Assembly: GCA_951406725.2 (NCBI GenBank)
Contig: OX597828.1
Location: 58,466,001-58,530,000, forward strand
Length of the DNA stretch: 64,000 nt
Source: Octopus vulgaris
Lineage: Eukaryota
Reading direction: 5' to 3'
Shown here: piece after piece, positions 1 through 10,917 of the stretch
Layout of the letters: each line of letters opens with the position of its first letter
Position numbering within the stretch: position 1 is the first letter of the stretch
Notes under the pieces: generated by a model
The model's input: the letters and a program-made list of their open reading frames with translations, nothing else
What the model was told of the DNA's origin: nothing
Databases searched by the model: none
Made by a program: the position numbers and the translations under genes

Positions 1-210
1 CATACAATCCAATTCGAGGAGAGACGTTTCATTGTTCCTGGAAATTTCCTAAGTCATCCGAGGGTCACACTGACAACGGTCTCAACACAGAACAAAATCA
101 CTATCTATTAACCTATTGTGCTGAGCAAGTCTCCCACCATCCACCAAGTAAGAACAGCTTTCTAATCAGATACTTTTGTTATTGTTGTTCCACCCTGATT
201 GAGCAGACCT

Positions 211-349
211 ATCATCATCATCGTTTAACGTCCATTTTCCGTGCTAGCACGGGTTGGACAGTTCGACCGGGGTCTGAGAAGCCAGGAGGCTGCACCAGAC
301 TCCAGTCTGGATGCCCTTCCTAATGCCAACCACTCCATGAGTGTAGTGT
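211..349 (-). mobile_element. SINE family A fragment ((ATG)n-tailed retroposon)
   Basis: (CAT)n followed by CGTTTAACGTCC...GGATGCCCTTCCTAATGCCAACCACTCC; the same sequence recurs more than 12 times in the window. Confidence 0.75.
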
Positions 350-374
350 TTAAGGGTCTGTGGGCCTACAATGG

Positions 375-530
375 TTTAACCCCTTAGCATTTAAACTGGC
401 CATATTTGGTCCAAATATTCTTCCCACATTATGGTCACACTGGCCAGATCTGACCTCTTGCACCTATCCTACAATGTCATCTTCGAAATCTTGAAGTTAC
501 ATGATAATGCACAATTAATTATTTATTCAA
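375..530. mobile_element. degenerate TTAA-CCC (piggyBac-type) MITE fragment
   Basis: TTAACCCCTTAGCATTTAAAC start; body resembles copies at ~9336-9535 and ~48310-48540. Confidence 0.45.
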
Positions 531-609
531 AATGTTATCTGGCCAGGGGTAGGGGTCCACCAAGGATCAGTCCTCAGCCCCCTATTATTCATCATAGTCC
601 TTCAGGCAA

Positions 610-1135
610 TAACAGAGGAATTCAAGACAGGCTGCCCCTGGGAGCTTCTCTATGCTGATGAGCTTATTCTAATAGCTGAGTCACTTTCAGAACTAGAGGG
701 GTTTCAGGTGTGGAAGTAAGGTCTGGAATCGAAGGGCCTTAGGGTCAGTCTAGCGAAAGCTAAAGTCTTAGTAAGTAGGAAGGCTGACAAATCACAAATC
801 CCTTCAGGTAGATGGCCCTGCTCGATCTGTCGAAAAGGTGTAGGTAGAGACTCCATAAGATGTACCTGGTGTAAACTATAGACACATAAGAGGTGCAGCA
901 ATATCAAAGGAAGGCTAACTGGGAAGATAGATTTTGTGTGTGGCAAATGCACAGGAGCAATAAACACTAATAATGTGCAGTAAACAGCTTCCGTCACATG
1001 CCAGAGGGAAAAACTAGAAGTAATGGATAGCTTCTGTTGCCTAGGTGACAAGGTCAGTAGCAGAGGTGGATGCCCAGAGAACATAGCTGCTAGAATAAGA
1101 ATAGCCTGGGCAAAGTTCAGACAGTTCTTATCTCT
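610..1135 (+). mobile_element. RTE-clade LINE ORF2 fragment (RT C-terminal half with an inserted PHD-like finger), pseudogenised
   Basis: Manual translation: GCPWELLYADELILIAES (YADD motif)...GLRVSLAKAKV...WPCSICRKGVGRDSIRCTWC...HKRC...FVCGKC...KLEVMDSFCCLGD...AARIRIAWAKF; contains stops. Confidence 0.85.
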
Positions 1136-1661
1136 GGCATGGGTACTCTGTACTTGAGACCAGCACAGGTGCTTTACACTCGGCACTGGCACAAGTACTT
1201 TATATTTGGCACCAACACAGATCTTTACACTTGGCACTAGCACAGGATTTACTTGTGGACTTGGTGTATTGAGTTTTCTTCCCATGATACTGTTCTATGT
1301 GTTTGCATTAGTTAAGAGGAATGGGCAAAATCCGCAACCTCTGGGGGCTTTCTCAGACTGGTGAGATAAGCCATTCTAAGCATTTGCAGAAAAAATTGTT
1401 GGTGGGTGGGTTTCTAGTTTAAATGTTTGTATCAGTGAACTTTGTCTATTGAAGCCAAAGACTAAGTGTTCTTGTTAGCCTTGGTGTGCGAGGCCTACAA
1501 ACTTTGTTATAATGTTTTTAACATTCGTAAATCTCTGGGAAGAATTTTCAAGATATTTTTTCCAAATGTACTGCTTATTGAATTCTGTTTTTTCAGGTTT
1601 GTTTTACTAATCTCTCTTCTCTCCCCCACCCCAACTAACTTTCTTTTTTCTTTTGTTTTAG

Positions 1662-1772
1662 TTTCAGCCTTTTATTTTGAATGTCCAGACAAACAGATTT
1701 CTATGAATGCATCAATATGGACCAAATCTAAATTCATGGGAATGTCAATAGGTGTTATGATGGTTGGTAAAG
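1662..1772 (+). CDS. OSBPL11: OSBP-related protein (OSBPL10/11-like), internal coding exon; upstream exons are outside the window
   Basis: ttttag| acceptor, |gtgag donor; [36 protein letters not shown] matches the ORP9/10/11 ORD segment that follows the HHPP motif. Confidence 0.9.
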
Positions 1773-1929
1773 GTGAGCTGATGAGTTTTTCCTTTTTAAT
1801 ACCTTCAGAATGGATATTCGAAATTTCCTTTCTGGAGATTCTTGGGTTTCTGCACAACTTGTCAAAAGTGCATATAAAGCATATGCAGTAATGTACAAAT
1901 GTCTGGAAAGCAAACAATGCATGAGTCAG

Positions 1930-2210
1930 ATACATGCTTGTGTGTGTGTATGTATGGGAGAAAATCAGGTGTAGTGTTGGCGAATCTCAGGAAGCATGGA
2001 AGTTTTGAAGGATGCAGTGCTCCGACAACTAACAACTGATGCCGGCAGTTTGTTCCATGCTTCAGCAACTCTCAGTGTGAAAAAATGTTTCCGAAAGTCA
2101 TGAGAGCTGTGTTGTTTTCTGACTTTGTAAATATGTCCACGGGTGTTAGATGGGTGGAGTTTGAAAAGGTGCTCAGAGTTATTGTTTGTGAGATGGTTAA
2201 TAATTTTTTT
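1930..2210 (-). mobile_element. CR1-clade LINE 3' end
   Basis: Minus translation ...HLFKLHPSNTRG..YKVRKQHSSHDFRKHFFTLRVAEAWNKLPASVVSCRSTASFKTS...stop is a typical CR1 ORF2 C-terminus; followed by a microsatellite tail. Confidence 0.8.
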
Positions 2211-2326
2211 TTTTTATTTTTTTTAGTTAATTTAGTTAATCAAACGATTGAATCCTCATTGTCAAACTTCTTATAGGAGACTGAATTAACCAGCATCTCT
2301 TGTATTCTTTTTGTTCTGTAATTATT

Positions 2327-2558
2327 CATCATCATCATCGTTTAACGTCCGTTCTCCATGCTAGCATGGGTTGGACAGTTCGACCGGGGATCTGGGAAGC
2401 CAGAAGGCTGCACCAGGCTCCAGTCTTATCTGGCAATGTTTCTACAGCTGGATGCCCTTCCTAACGCCAACCACTCCGTGAGTGTAGTGGGTGCTTTTTA
2501 CGTGCCACCTGCACAGGTGCCAGGCCAGGCGAGGCTGGCAACGGCCACGGTCGGATTG
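2327..2558 (-). mobile_element. SINE family A, young copy
   Basis: Near-identical to 3938-4151 and 18549-18773; (CAT)n tail. Confidence 0.85.
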
Positions 2559-2650
2559 TATTGTAATATTCGAATTTAAGAACACTTTTAAGCTATGGAA
2601 ATATGGACATTAAAACTATGACGATAACTATTTGAATTTTCATATTCCAG

Positions 2651-2811
2651 TGTCATTGAATTTATTGGAGTTTGATGAAGAATATGTATTTGGTCTACCA
2701 AGTGTTTATGCTCGGTCGATTCTCACAGTTCCTTGGGTAGAGCTTGGAGACAAGATTTACATTAATTGTCGCAAGACTGGTTATTCTGCTGCTGTAACAT
2801 TCCACACTAAG
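2651..2811 (+). CDS. OSBPL11: OSBPL10/11-like coding exon
   Basis: ttccag|...|gtatg; [53 protein letters not shown]; phase joins the previous exon. Confidence 0.95.
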
Positions 2812-2873
2812 GTATGTTAATATTTTCTATTAAGTCAATTCGTTGAATAATTACTCTTTAATTGCTACTCAGA

Positions 2874-2967
2874 GAAATATCAATACTTTTTTCCCATCTC
2901 TTCTGCCATTAATTTCTAATGAAATATCAATACTTTTTTCCCATCTCTTCTGCCATTAATTTCTAAT
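2874..2967. repeat. perfect 47-bp tandem duplication
   Basis: GAAATATCAATACTTTTTTCCCATCTCTTCTGCCATTAATTTCTAAT x2. Confidence 0.9.
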
Positions 2968-3579
2968 GTAGTAATAAGCACCATTGATTCTTTACCATTA
3001 TTCTCTATCTTTATGTTCTCATGGCCATGATTAGTGAGTGGAATATACATTAAATACGCTTAACTTACAAAATGTGCTGTTTTCTTAGATCTGTGGATTT
3101 ACACAGTCTTCTCAATTGATTTAAGTGATTACATCATCTTATGTTGACACACTTTCAGTAAAAACGACATATTTTATATTGAAACAGCTCTTTAACAAGC
3201 AAAAATGTGTGTTTGCATTCTTCTACATTTTGGCTGGTGGTGTCAGCTTTTGGTCATTTAATAACACACAAACTGGCAAGACAGACCATAACAAACAATG
3301 AAAAATAAAAAAGTGTTTATTCAAAATAAGTCCTTCTTTGCTTGAGATCGTTATTGAACCACCAGTTGAACCGTTTGCACTTTTCCACAAGTATTATTTG
3401 TTGTCTCTGGTGCAGACTTTAACGAACTCTTAATATCCATGTCTATACAGCTGTGTATAGGTACGATTTACTACAATTAACTGAAAGAGCAATGCTTAAT
3501 TAACAAGTGTTTCATTAGCCTACAGTCTTCACTTCGAATCTCCTCCTCATGGGATGGCAGAAACCGTTTTACTGTTGTA

Positions 3580-3787
3580 AAAGCGCATGTGCGGTGCCAC
3601 ATAAAAGTGCACATGTGGGGCCATGTAAAAACATGCAGCACACTCTGTAAAGTGGTTGGCATTAGGAAGGGCATCTAGTTGTAGACACCATGCCAAATCA
3701 AACTGGAGTCTGGTGCATCTTACCAGCTCTGGTCAAACTGTCCAACCCATGCCAGCATGAACCACAGACGTTAAGTCATGATGATGA
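3580..3787 (+). mobile_element. SINE family A, older copy
   Basis: GTGGTTGGCATTAGGAAGGGCATC...CCAACCCATGCCAGCATG...(ATG)n. Confidence 0.7.
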
Positions 3788-3881
3788 TTCTGTATACCTT
3801 AATTAGCAATGGATATACTGTAGAAAGCCACAACACTACAGTATTTGCCTTGAGAGAGCTTTTTTTTTTATTCATGTATGT

Positions 3882-4161
3882 GGCCGATACCAGCTCCGCC
3901 TCGTCTGGCTTCCGTGCCGGTGGCACATAAAATACACCAATCCGACCGTGGCCGTTGCCAGCCTCGCCTGGCACCTGTGCAGGTGGCACGTAAAAAGCAC
4001 CCACTACACTCACGGAGTGGTTGGCGTTAGGAAGGGCATCCAGCTGTAGAAACACTGCCAGATAAGACTGGAGCCTGGTGCAGCCTTCTGGCTTCCCAGA
4101 TCCCCGGTCGAACCGTCCAACCCATGCTAGCATGGAGAACGGACGTTAAACGAACGAACGA
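3882..4161 (+). mobile_element. SINE family A, young copy
   Basis: Reverse complement of 2339-2558 apart from 2 substitutions and one 5-nt indel. Confidence 0.85.
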
Positions 4162-4358
4162 TAAGTAGTAAAACACACAGAAGTGTGTCAGCAGTAGACA
4201 AAAGCATCCAATGGTGGTGGTGAAATTACTAAATCATGATGTCCGTGTCTTTCTGCATCATCACAAATGAGTTTCCACTGTCAATCACATATTTACACAG
4301 ATTTTGCTTCTACTTATAAAGAAAAACAGTGATTAACAAATCACTGGTGTTGCAAATA

Positions 4359-4918
4359 TTGGTTTGTCTGGAAAGTTCATGCCGATTTTTAAAGGAAAGA
4401 AAAAGGTCAATGAATACTTGCCATTACATTTTTAATCAACCAAATATGAACCATTTTGTTGCACAATGCGTCTCCATCTTTCCTTTAACTTGAAAATACC
4501 CTCTTCCCAGAATTGAGGTGGTTTCACGGCAAAGAATTTATCAAGGTATCTTTTTACGTCATCCAACGAATTGAAAGTTTTTACCATTAAGACTATTCTG
4601 CAGAGACCTGAATAAGTGGAAATCCAAAGGAGCAATATCTGGTTAATATGGAGGGTGGGGTAACACATCCCAGCCAAGCTGCAGCAATTTTTGTCTGGTT
4701 CCCAAAGTACCGAAAATGAACTTTCTTATCTTCCATTTTATAGGGTTACAGAATTAACACAGGTTATAGGAACGTAAACCTTCTTCCACAAAAAGATAGC
4801 TTAAACTGTGCTCTAAATGGAGGTGTAGTCTAATCCTATTTTATGGGCTCGAACATGTTCTAAAATAAGTTGAAAGGTACGCTACTATAAATCAGCAAGA
4901 ACTTTCCGGATAACCCAA
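4359..4918 (-). mobile_element. internally deleted mariner transposon
   Basis: TA flanks; TIRs TTGGTTTGTCTGGAAAGTTC / GAACTTTCCGGATAACCCAA; minus ORF ends KTFNSLDDVKRYLDKFFAVKPPQFWEEGIFKLKERWRRIVQQNGSYLVD (mariner transposase C-terminus). Confidence 0.85.
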
Positions 4919-5501
4919 TAGTTAAGCAGGCTGGGTAAAAATTTGTTATTAGTGATGGAAGCAGTAATAATTTAGAATAGTATTCTGTATATTCCTGTTT
5001 GTTAAGTTAGATATGCAGAATGCTATTCTGAACTAATACTGTTTCATAAAGATTGATGGAAACTCCTGGAATATGCCAGGGAACTTATTAGATTTCTGCT
5101 GTTGACCAAAAATATCTTTGCTTAACCCTTTTGATACCAACCTGCCTGAGACTTCCTCTGGCTCTCTATTACAAATGTCTTGATTTCAAATAGTCTCAAT
5201 TCAAATCTTTCACCTAAACTTAGTTTTAATTTATATTTCCAGCAGCAACTTAATAATAAAGTTATTTTTTATGAAGTTCTTTGTTACACATAAAATTGTC
5301 TCAACAGAATTAGTGTAACAAAGGGCTTAAGACAACTGTATTTTCTTCAGGTGTATGTAATACTGCTATGATGTAGATACAATATTTTAAAAAATTATTT
5401 TCATTCTCTGTTGTTGTTTTTTTGTTTTGTTTTGCTCTTGATTTAAATTCAAGAATATAAACTAAACCAGTTGAATTAATTGAATTCTCTTTCACTTGTA
5501 G

Positions 5502-5618
5502 CCTTTTTATGGAGGTAAACTTCATCGGATTGCAGCAGAAGTGAAGAATAATATGGGTACCATCATATGTAAAGGGCAAGGAGAATGGAATAATTATTTT
5601 GAATTTACTTATGAAAAT
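5502..5618 (+). CDS. OSBPL11: OSBPL10/11-like coding exon
   Basis: ttgtag|...|gtaat; [39 protein letters not shown]. Confidence 0.95.
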
Positions 5619-5787
5619 GTAATTTTTATTAAATATTTGTGTGTGTGTGTGTGTGTGTGTGTTTATCCTTCACTAGACTTTATAAAATTGTGGGTTTGGT
5701 CTCTGAAACAAGCAACATCTTTGAACAAGGCACTTTGTTTCACATTGCTTCAGTCTGCACAGCTGAGAATGAGTACCAGTTGAGTGC

Positions 5788-5790
<3 letters not shown>

Positions 5791-5855
<65 letters not shown>
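5791..5855. repeat. (CT)n microsatellite
   Basis: Long CT run, about 30 units. Confidence 0.95.
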
Positions 5856-5858
<3 letters not shown>

Positions 5859-6719
5859 GAACTATCACATGTTCAATGTTCCACTGAGCAAAGGGTAGGA
5901 GAATTGAAAAGGTGTCTGTTTATGTCTGCTCAAAACTACACAGGCACCTATAACAATTATTGAAAGCATGGTACATGCTATACTCATTTGCAAGTGACAG
6001 CTAAGCTTATTGTTCTAATAAACTCATGGCTTTAAAGTGTAATTTGAAAAGATGTCTCAACAGGTCAGCTGTCAATAACAATATTAATTATACAAGTTGA
6101 GTGAAATTTCTTATCTTGAAATGTGCTTTGATTGTTGTCAATTAACTTTAATTTGAATCATGAAATTTCATGTGTGATTAGTATTGTATTTGTTATGAAT
6201 GATTGAATGATGGTTATCAACATTTAACATTCATTTTCCATGCTGCTAAGGGTTGGACAACTTGACCCCAACAGTCAAGGCCCCAGGGGCTGCACCAGGT
6301 TCCATTGCCTGTTTTGGTTTTGGTTTCTATGGCTGGATGCCACTTTACAGAGTGTCTGCTGGGTGCTTTTTTTATATGGCACCAGCACCCACAGCAGTCC
6401 TTTTTATGTAGCACATCAGTTTTAGGATCTCAATTCTGTTGTGGTGGGTGGGCCTTCTTGAGCACAGCAGTGTGCCACATATTTTGGTCCTGTCATCTTG
6501 TTCATAAGGTTCAGCGTTTTGAGATCTGCCTTTAATACTTCATCCCGTGTCTTCCTGGGTCTCCCTCTTCCACAACATCCATCCACTTGAAACAGAATTT
6601 ATAGTTGTGTCTGTAAATAATATCTACAGATTTTTAACAATCAAATCTTGAAATTTTTCTTAATCTGTCTGAAATTTTAATCAGTGCTGTTCAATGTGTA
6701 TTATTTCATTGATTTTTAG

Positions 6720-6881
6720 GGAGAAACCAAAACTATTGATGTAAGTAGTCTGGAGATTATGAGAAAGTGTGTTCGCCCTATTTCAATGCAAGGAGAATTT
6801 GAGTCAAGGAGACTCTGGCAACATGTCACCAATGCTTTGAAACTGGGAGATGTAAATATTGCTACTGAACACAAGAAATTT
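6720..6881 (+). CDS. OSBPL11: OSBPL10/11-like coding exon
   Basis: ttttag|...|gtgag; GETKTIDVSSLEIMRKCVRPISMQGEFESRRLWQHVTNALKLGDVNIATEHKKF. Confidence 0.95.
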
Positions 6882-7837
6882 GTGAGTATACCAGTTGAGC
6901 ACTGGAGTCAATGTAATCAACTTGCCCCCTCTCCCAAAATTGCCATCCCTCTGCCAGAATTTGGAATCAATATTGATGTATGGTATAATATAAACAACAA
7001 AACCACCATAAATCAAAAACCCCTTACTAAATTTGACCCTATAAGAATGAGGGACAACTTAGAACAACAAAAACCTTCAATCATGAGTTTCCCAACAGAT
7101 GTTGTTAGATTTCACTCCTTCAATATCAACAAAGACAAAGGTTTATCTCTCAGAGAGATAAAGTTCATTTAAAATAAAGTAAACTAGTTGCAAGAATTCA
7201 AAGAGACTAGAACTGGATTATTGCTGAGCAAAAATACAGTCTTTTATCCAAGAACAAAGAGTTTCTTTTTTTTCACTCCCAACATACTGACATGTCTTGG
7301 ATCTCTTTTCTGCTCTACAATCACAAAAGACAATAATGGTGGATGGTTCTCTACCTTATTTACATCTGTAGAGCAGAGACCATATCAATGGTTTTAGAAA
7401 GAATAATCTGTGAAGATGGCAATCTTTGTTGTTTTTTTCTTTTCTTTTTTTTTGCCCGTAGTTTGTGCTGGACTCAGTTCAGAGGGAGCAGAATTAAAGC
7501 TTCTCATGAATTAAAGTTGGATATGTTTATTGAATAAATATACTTTTAACAACTGGCATAATGCTCAAAAGTAGTATGAAAAGGACTATCATTTTGTATG
7601 TATATAATTATTAATCTGCCACTGTGGCCAAATGAATCTCACTTTGCTTTTAATACCAACCACAAGTATTGATTTCATAAACAATCATTGTGTTGTTGTT
7701 GTCCTACAAAGCAACTTTTTTTTTTGATTCAGTTTACCTGTCAGTCTGTCTGAGAAGTTAACTGACAATAGGTTCATATTCTATCCAGGATGATATTTGT
7801 CTCCTGTCATATAACAGGGGTTTTTTTAATTCAAAAC

Positions 7838-8170
7838 ATCATCATCATTATCACACGTCCGCTTTCCGTGCTAGCATGGGTTGGATGATTTTGACTGAGG
7901 GCTGGCAAACCAGATGGCTGCACCAGGCTTCAATCTTGATCTGGCAGAGTTTCTACAGCTGGATACCCTTCCTAATGCCAACCACTCTGAGAGTGCAGTG
8001 GGTGCTTTTTATGTGCCACTGGCATGGGGGCCAGTCAGGCAGTACTGGCAATGACCTCGCTCGAATCCTTTTACACATGCCACCAGCACAGGTGCCAGTA
8101 AGGCGACGTTGGTAACGATCATGCTCGAATGGTGCCCTTTTATGTGCCACTGGCAACAATCATGCTCGGA
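7838..8170 (-). mobile_element. SINE family A with repeated internal modules
   Basis: (CAT)n tail, family A core, repeated TTTTATGTGCCACTGGCA modules. Confidence 0.75.
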
Positions 8171-8324
8171 TCTTAATTGAAAAATGGGATAGCAAGCATG
8201 TGAACATTGTCATGCATTGATGCACATGTATGCATGTGCACGTGCACACATGCACACACACTAATACACTGCTTATAAGTGATTACAACCTGCTTATTCT
8301 TCTTTATTTCTTTTTAATCATTAG

Positions 8325-8390
8325 CTGGAAGACCGTCAACGAGAAGGGGAAAGATTACGGAAAGAAACAAATACAGAGTTTGCAACGAAG
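8325..8390 (+). CDS. OSBPL11: OSBPL10/11-like coding exon
   Basis: cattag|...|gtttg; LEDRQREGERLRKETNTEFATK (conserved LEExQR motif). Confidence 0.92.
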
Positions 8391-8427
8391 GTTTGTTTTT
8401 TAAGAATTTTATATTCTCTTAAGAATA

Positions 8428-8644
8428 TATGAGTGGATGCTGGAAAGTTGCTGGCTTTAAGGGTATCGCAAAGGGCCTGGTTGGAGACCCAACCTTCTGT
8501 TTTCTTTGACAGGTCTTACAAAAACTGAAGGACCCCCACTGCAATAAGAGAGGGGAATATGTTGAATAAAATCATAATTAACTGATACTCCTGTATTTTC
8601 TTTTACCCAAGACCAGGAACTTTTCAGCCCCACCCCCTTGCATA
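8428..8644. mobile_element. mariner-type MITE, degenerate
   Basis: Imperfect inverted ends ..GAGTGGATGCTGGAAAGTTGCTGG / CCAGGAACTTTTCAGCCCCACCCC..; TA flanks. Confidence 0.5.
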
Positions 8645-8686
8645 TGTTCTACAGTTCTGAAGCCGGTATGTAAACATAAAGTTCAA

Positions 8687-8885
8687 AGGCGGCGAGCTGG
8701 CAGAATTGTTAGCACGCCGGGCGAAATGCTTTGTAGTAGTTCGTCTGCCGTTACGTTCTGAGTTCAAATTCCGCCGAGGTCGACTTTGCCTTTCATCCTT
8801 TCAGGGTTGATTAAATAAGTACCAGTTACGCACTGGGGTCGATATAATGTCCTTGTTTGCCCCTTGTGGGTAGTAAAGAAATAGA
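8687..8885 (+). mobile_element. tRNA-derived SINE family B
   Basis: A-box-like TGGCAGAATTGTTAG, B-box GTTCAAATTCC, body GTCGACTTTGCCTTTCATCC..., tail CCCCTTGTGGGTAGTAAAGAAATAG. Confidence 0.8.
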
Positions 8886-9670
8886 TATGTAAACATAAAG
8901 CAGCGTTACTGTAGTTATAAGCCTTTCTTTTATTTAAATTGTTCCATTCTGTATTATATTTAGATTTTATATATAAAAGTCTTTAGATCTTATATAATAA
9001 ACAAATTTGGGGGAGCATTGTGCAGAAATGACCCAAGCCTTAGTTATGGTGTTTTCTATTTTGTTTTTCTTTCAAGTGTGTTCTTAGCGCCTGTAGCCAG
9101 TTGTGGTCGCTGAACCTTTCCTGATGATAGACAACCCCAACCAAAGATGCACAGATTTCTTTTCGGAATTCTTTGACTTTCTGTTGGTTCTCTTTCAGTA
9201 CAATATTATTAATCCTTTCATTACCATATTTCTGTTGAAGTATACTATCCTTATTTCAATTAATTTTTTAAATAATTAAGGATTAATTAAATAGTCGTCT
9301 TAAAATTCTGATGGTAGGTTTTAATGTAGATCTCTTTAACCCTTCAGCAGGCCAAAATATTCTATTTTATGTTGAAACCAGCTGGATCTTACCTCTCACA
9401 CTTAACCTACAATGTCATTGTAAAAATAAACAGTCACATCATCAAATTCTTGAAGTTACAAAGTAATTCTTGCTTATTTCAAAACAATGTGAATAAATAA
9501 GCTTTAATCTTGACAGAATAATCTGCTAAAGGGTCAAAACTGGGAATTTGCTTCATAGAACCAATGGTGGTTTTAGGTGGGTTGCTATCAAAAGGGTCAA
9601 TGACCATTTTTTATATTTTCTTTTGGACAGTTTTGTAATTTTATTTTTTTCTCTTTTGTTTTTACTTCAG

Positions 9671-10021
9671 CACTTTCACCTCGATGGAGAAGATTGGGTC
9701 TACAATAAAATCCTTCGAAGTCGGCATAAAGAGCCCTGTGATATAAAGGATAACAACAACAGCGAAGACGGCAAGCGTTGTTCTGCTGAAAGTCCATTGA
9801 AGAGCAATAAAGTGAGCCAGAACGAACCGAAAATGTCTCCGTCAAATAACTGCTACGATGTGAGTGGGGCGGCACCGAAAAACGAGAACACTTTCCCAAA
9901 AGACAAAAGTCAAAAGAAAGACTCTCAATCATCCAAAACGAAAATTTCTCCAAAAACTAATCGGACCAATAAGAATGAGAAAACTCGCAAAAACGAAAAA
10001 TGTTTGAAAGATGTCTCTTGA
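9671..10021 (+). CDS. OSBPL11: OSBPL10/11-like terminal coding exon
   Basis: cttcag| acceptor; HFHLDGEDWVYNKIL (end of ORD) then ~100 aa K/S/N-rich tail to TGA (followed by a second TGA). Confidence 0.9.
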   Translation, partial: HFHLDGEDWVYNKILRSRHKEPCDIKDNNNSEDGKRCSAESPLKSNKVSQNEPKMSPSNNCYDVSGAAPKNENTFPKDKSQKKDSQSSKTKISPKTNRTNKNEKTRKNEKCLKDVS

Positions 10022-10531
10022 TGAGGGCTTTCCATCCCGTGGAAGTGATTTCACTTCAGAAAGGTCTTTCATTAACTTAGAGAGTTATTTAGAAGCCCAA
10101 CGGCCGAGACCGGGCTTGGTGTCGGCCGAATAGGGTTTGACGACCAACTTCCTCATCAAATCTACTGAGCTGCTTTTATCTCAGTGGGCCCCCTGAGGTT
10201 TTTATTGGGGTTTTTTTTTTTCCTGATTTTTTTTTTTTTTCAAAAAGTAACTTGAACAATAACTGCAGACATGTCATTGTGACCTGACAATTTCAGTTTG
10301 ATTTGAGAAAGGAAGACCAAACGAAAATATTCTCTGCTTTGGTTGAAATGGTATTAGCAGCAGTAGTGTGGTTAAAACAAAAATCAGATCTTTTTTTTTT
10401 TTATCTCTTTTGGCTGCACTTTTTAGCTAATCCAGTTGCTTTCTTTCCACATTGCATGCACTGAAATGCCTTTCTTCGTGGGCTTGCAGTGACTTGCTTT
10501 TGTGATATGATTAAAAAAAAAAAAAGTATCT

Positions 10532-10565
<34 letters not shown>

Positions 10566-10917
10566 GAATATAGGCATTCTGTGAAAATACTTCCTCTTGC
10601 TGCCATTGCATCTCTTACTTTTCAGTTATCTGAAAATGAGTGATGAAATTGAGGAAGAAAGAGAAAAAAAAAAATGAAAGTATGGAACAAATTCTGTGAT
10701 TATTTCTGCTGTAAATATTAAGCATATCATAAATTTTTACTGAATTCCAAAAGACCTGGTTTATTGCCTTTGTTTTGTTTTTTTTCTGTTATTGTGTAAA
10801 GGTATTTATTGATACACTCTTACTTTTCCATCTTAGCCATTATGAAATTTAATATTCATAATAATTTAAAGTTTCCATTATACAGTAGTTACTTTCATCA
10901 ACATAGCATTAGTTTGA

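Noticed and set aside
704-1285. 193-aa minus-strand ORF
   Set aside because: Antisense shadow of the RTE fragment plus SINE-like modules
2358-2579. Recurrent ORF MLAWVG(R/Q)FDRGSGKPEGCTRLQS... (also at 3771, 18473, 17916, 43153, 60787) resembling a small gene family
   Set aside because: It is the antisense reading of SINE family A; the similarity reflects repeat copies, and the frames differ between copies
6882-7172. Long in-frame extension of an OSBPL exon in the ORF track
   Set aside because: Homology stops at the GTGAG donor (6882); the rest is intron containing repeat-derived sequence
10019-10138. Stop-codon readthrough or selenocysteine recoding of OSBPL via the downstream hairpin
   Set aside because: Tandem TGA TGA, no UGA-CUA context, and the hairpin lacks the SECIS AUGA/GA quartet and apical AA
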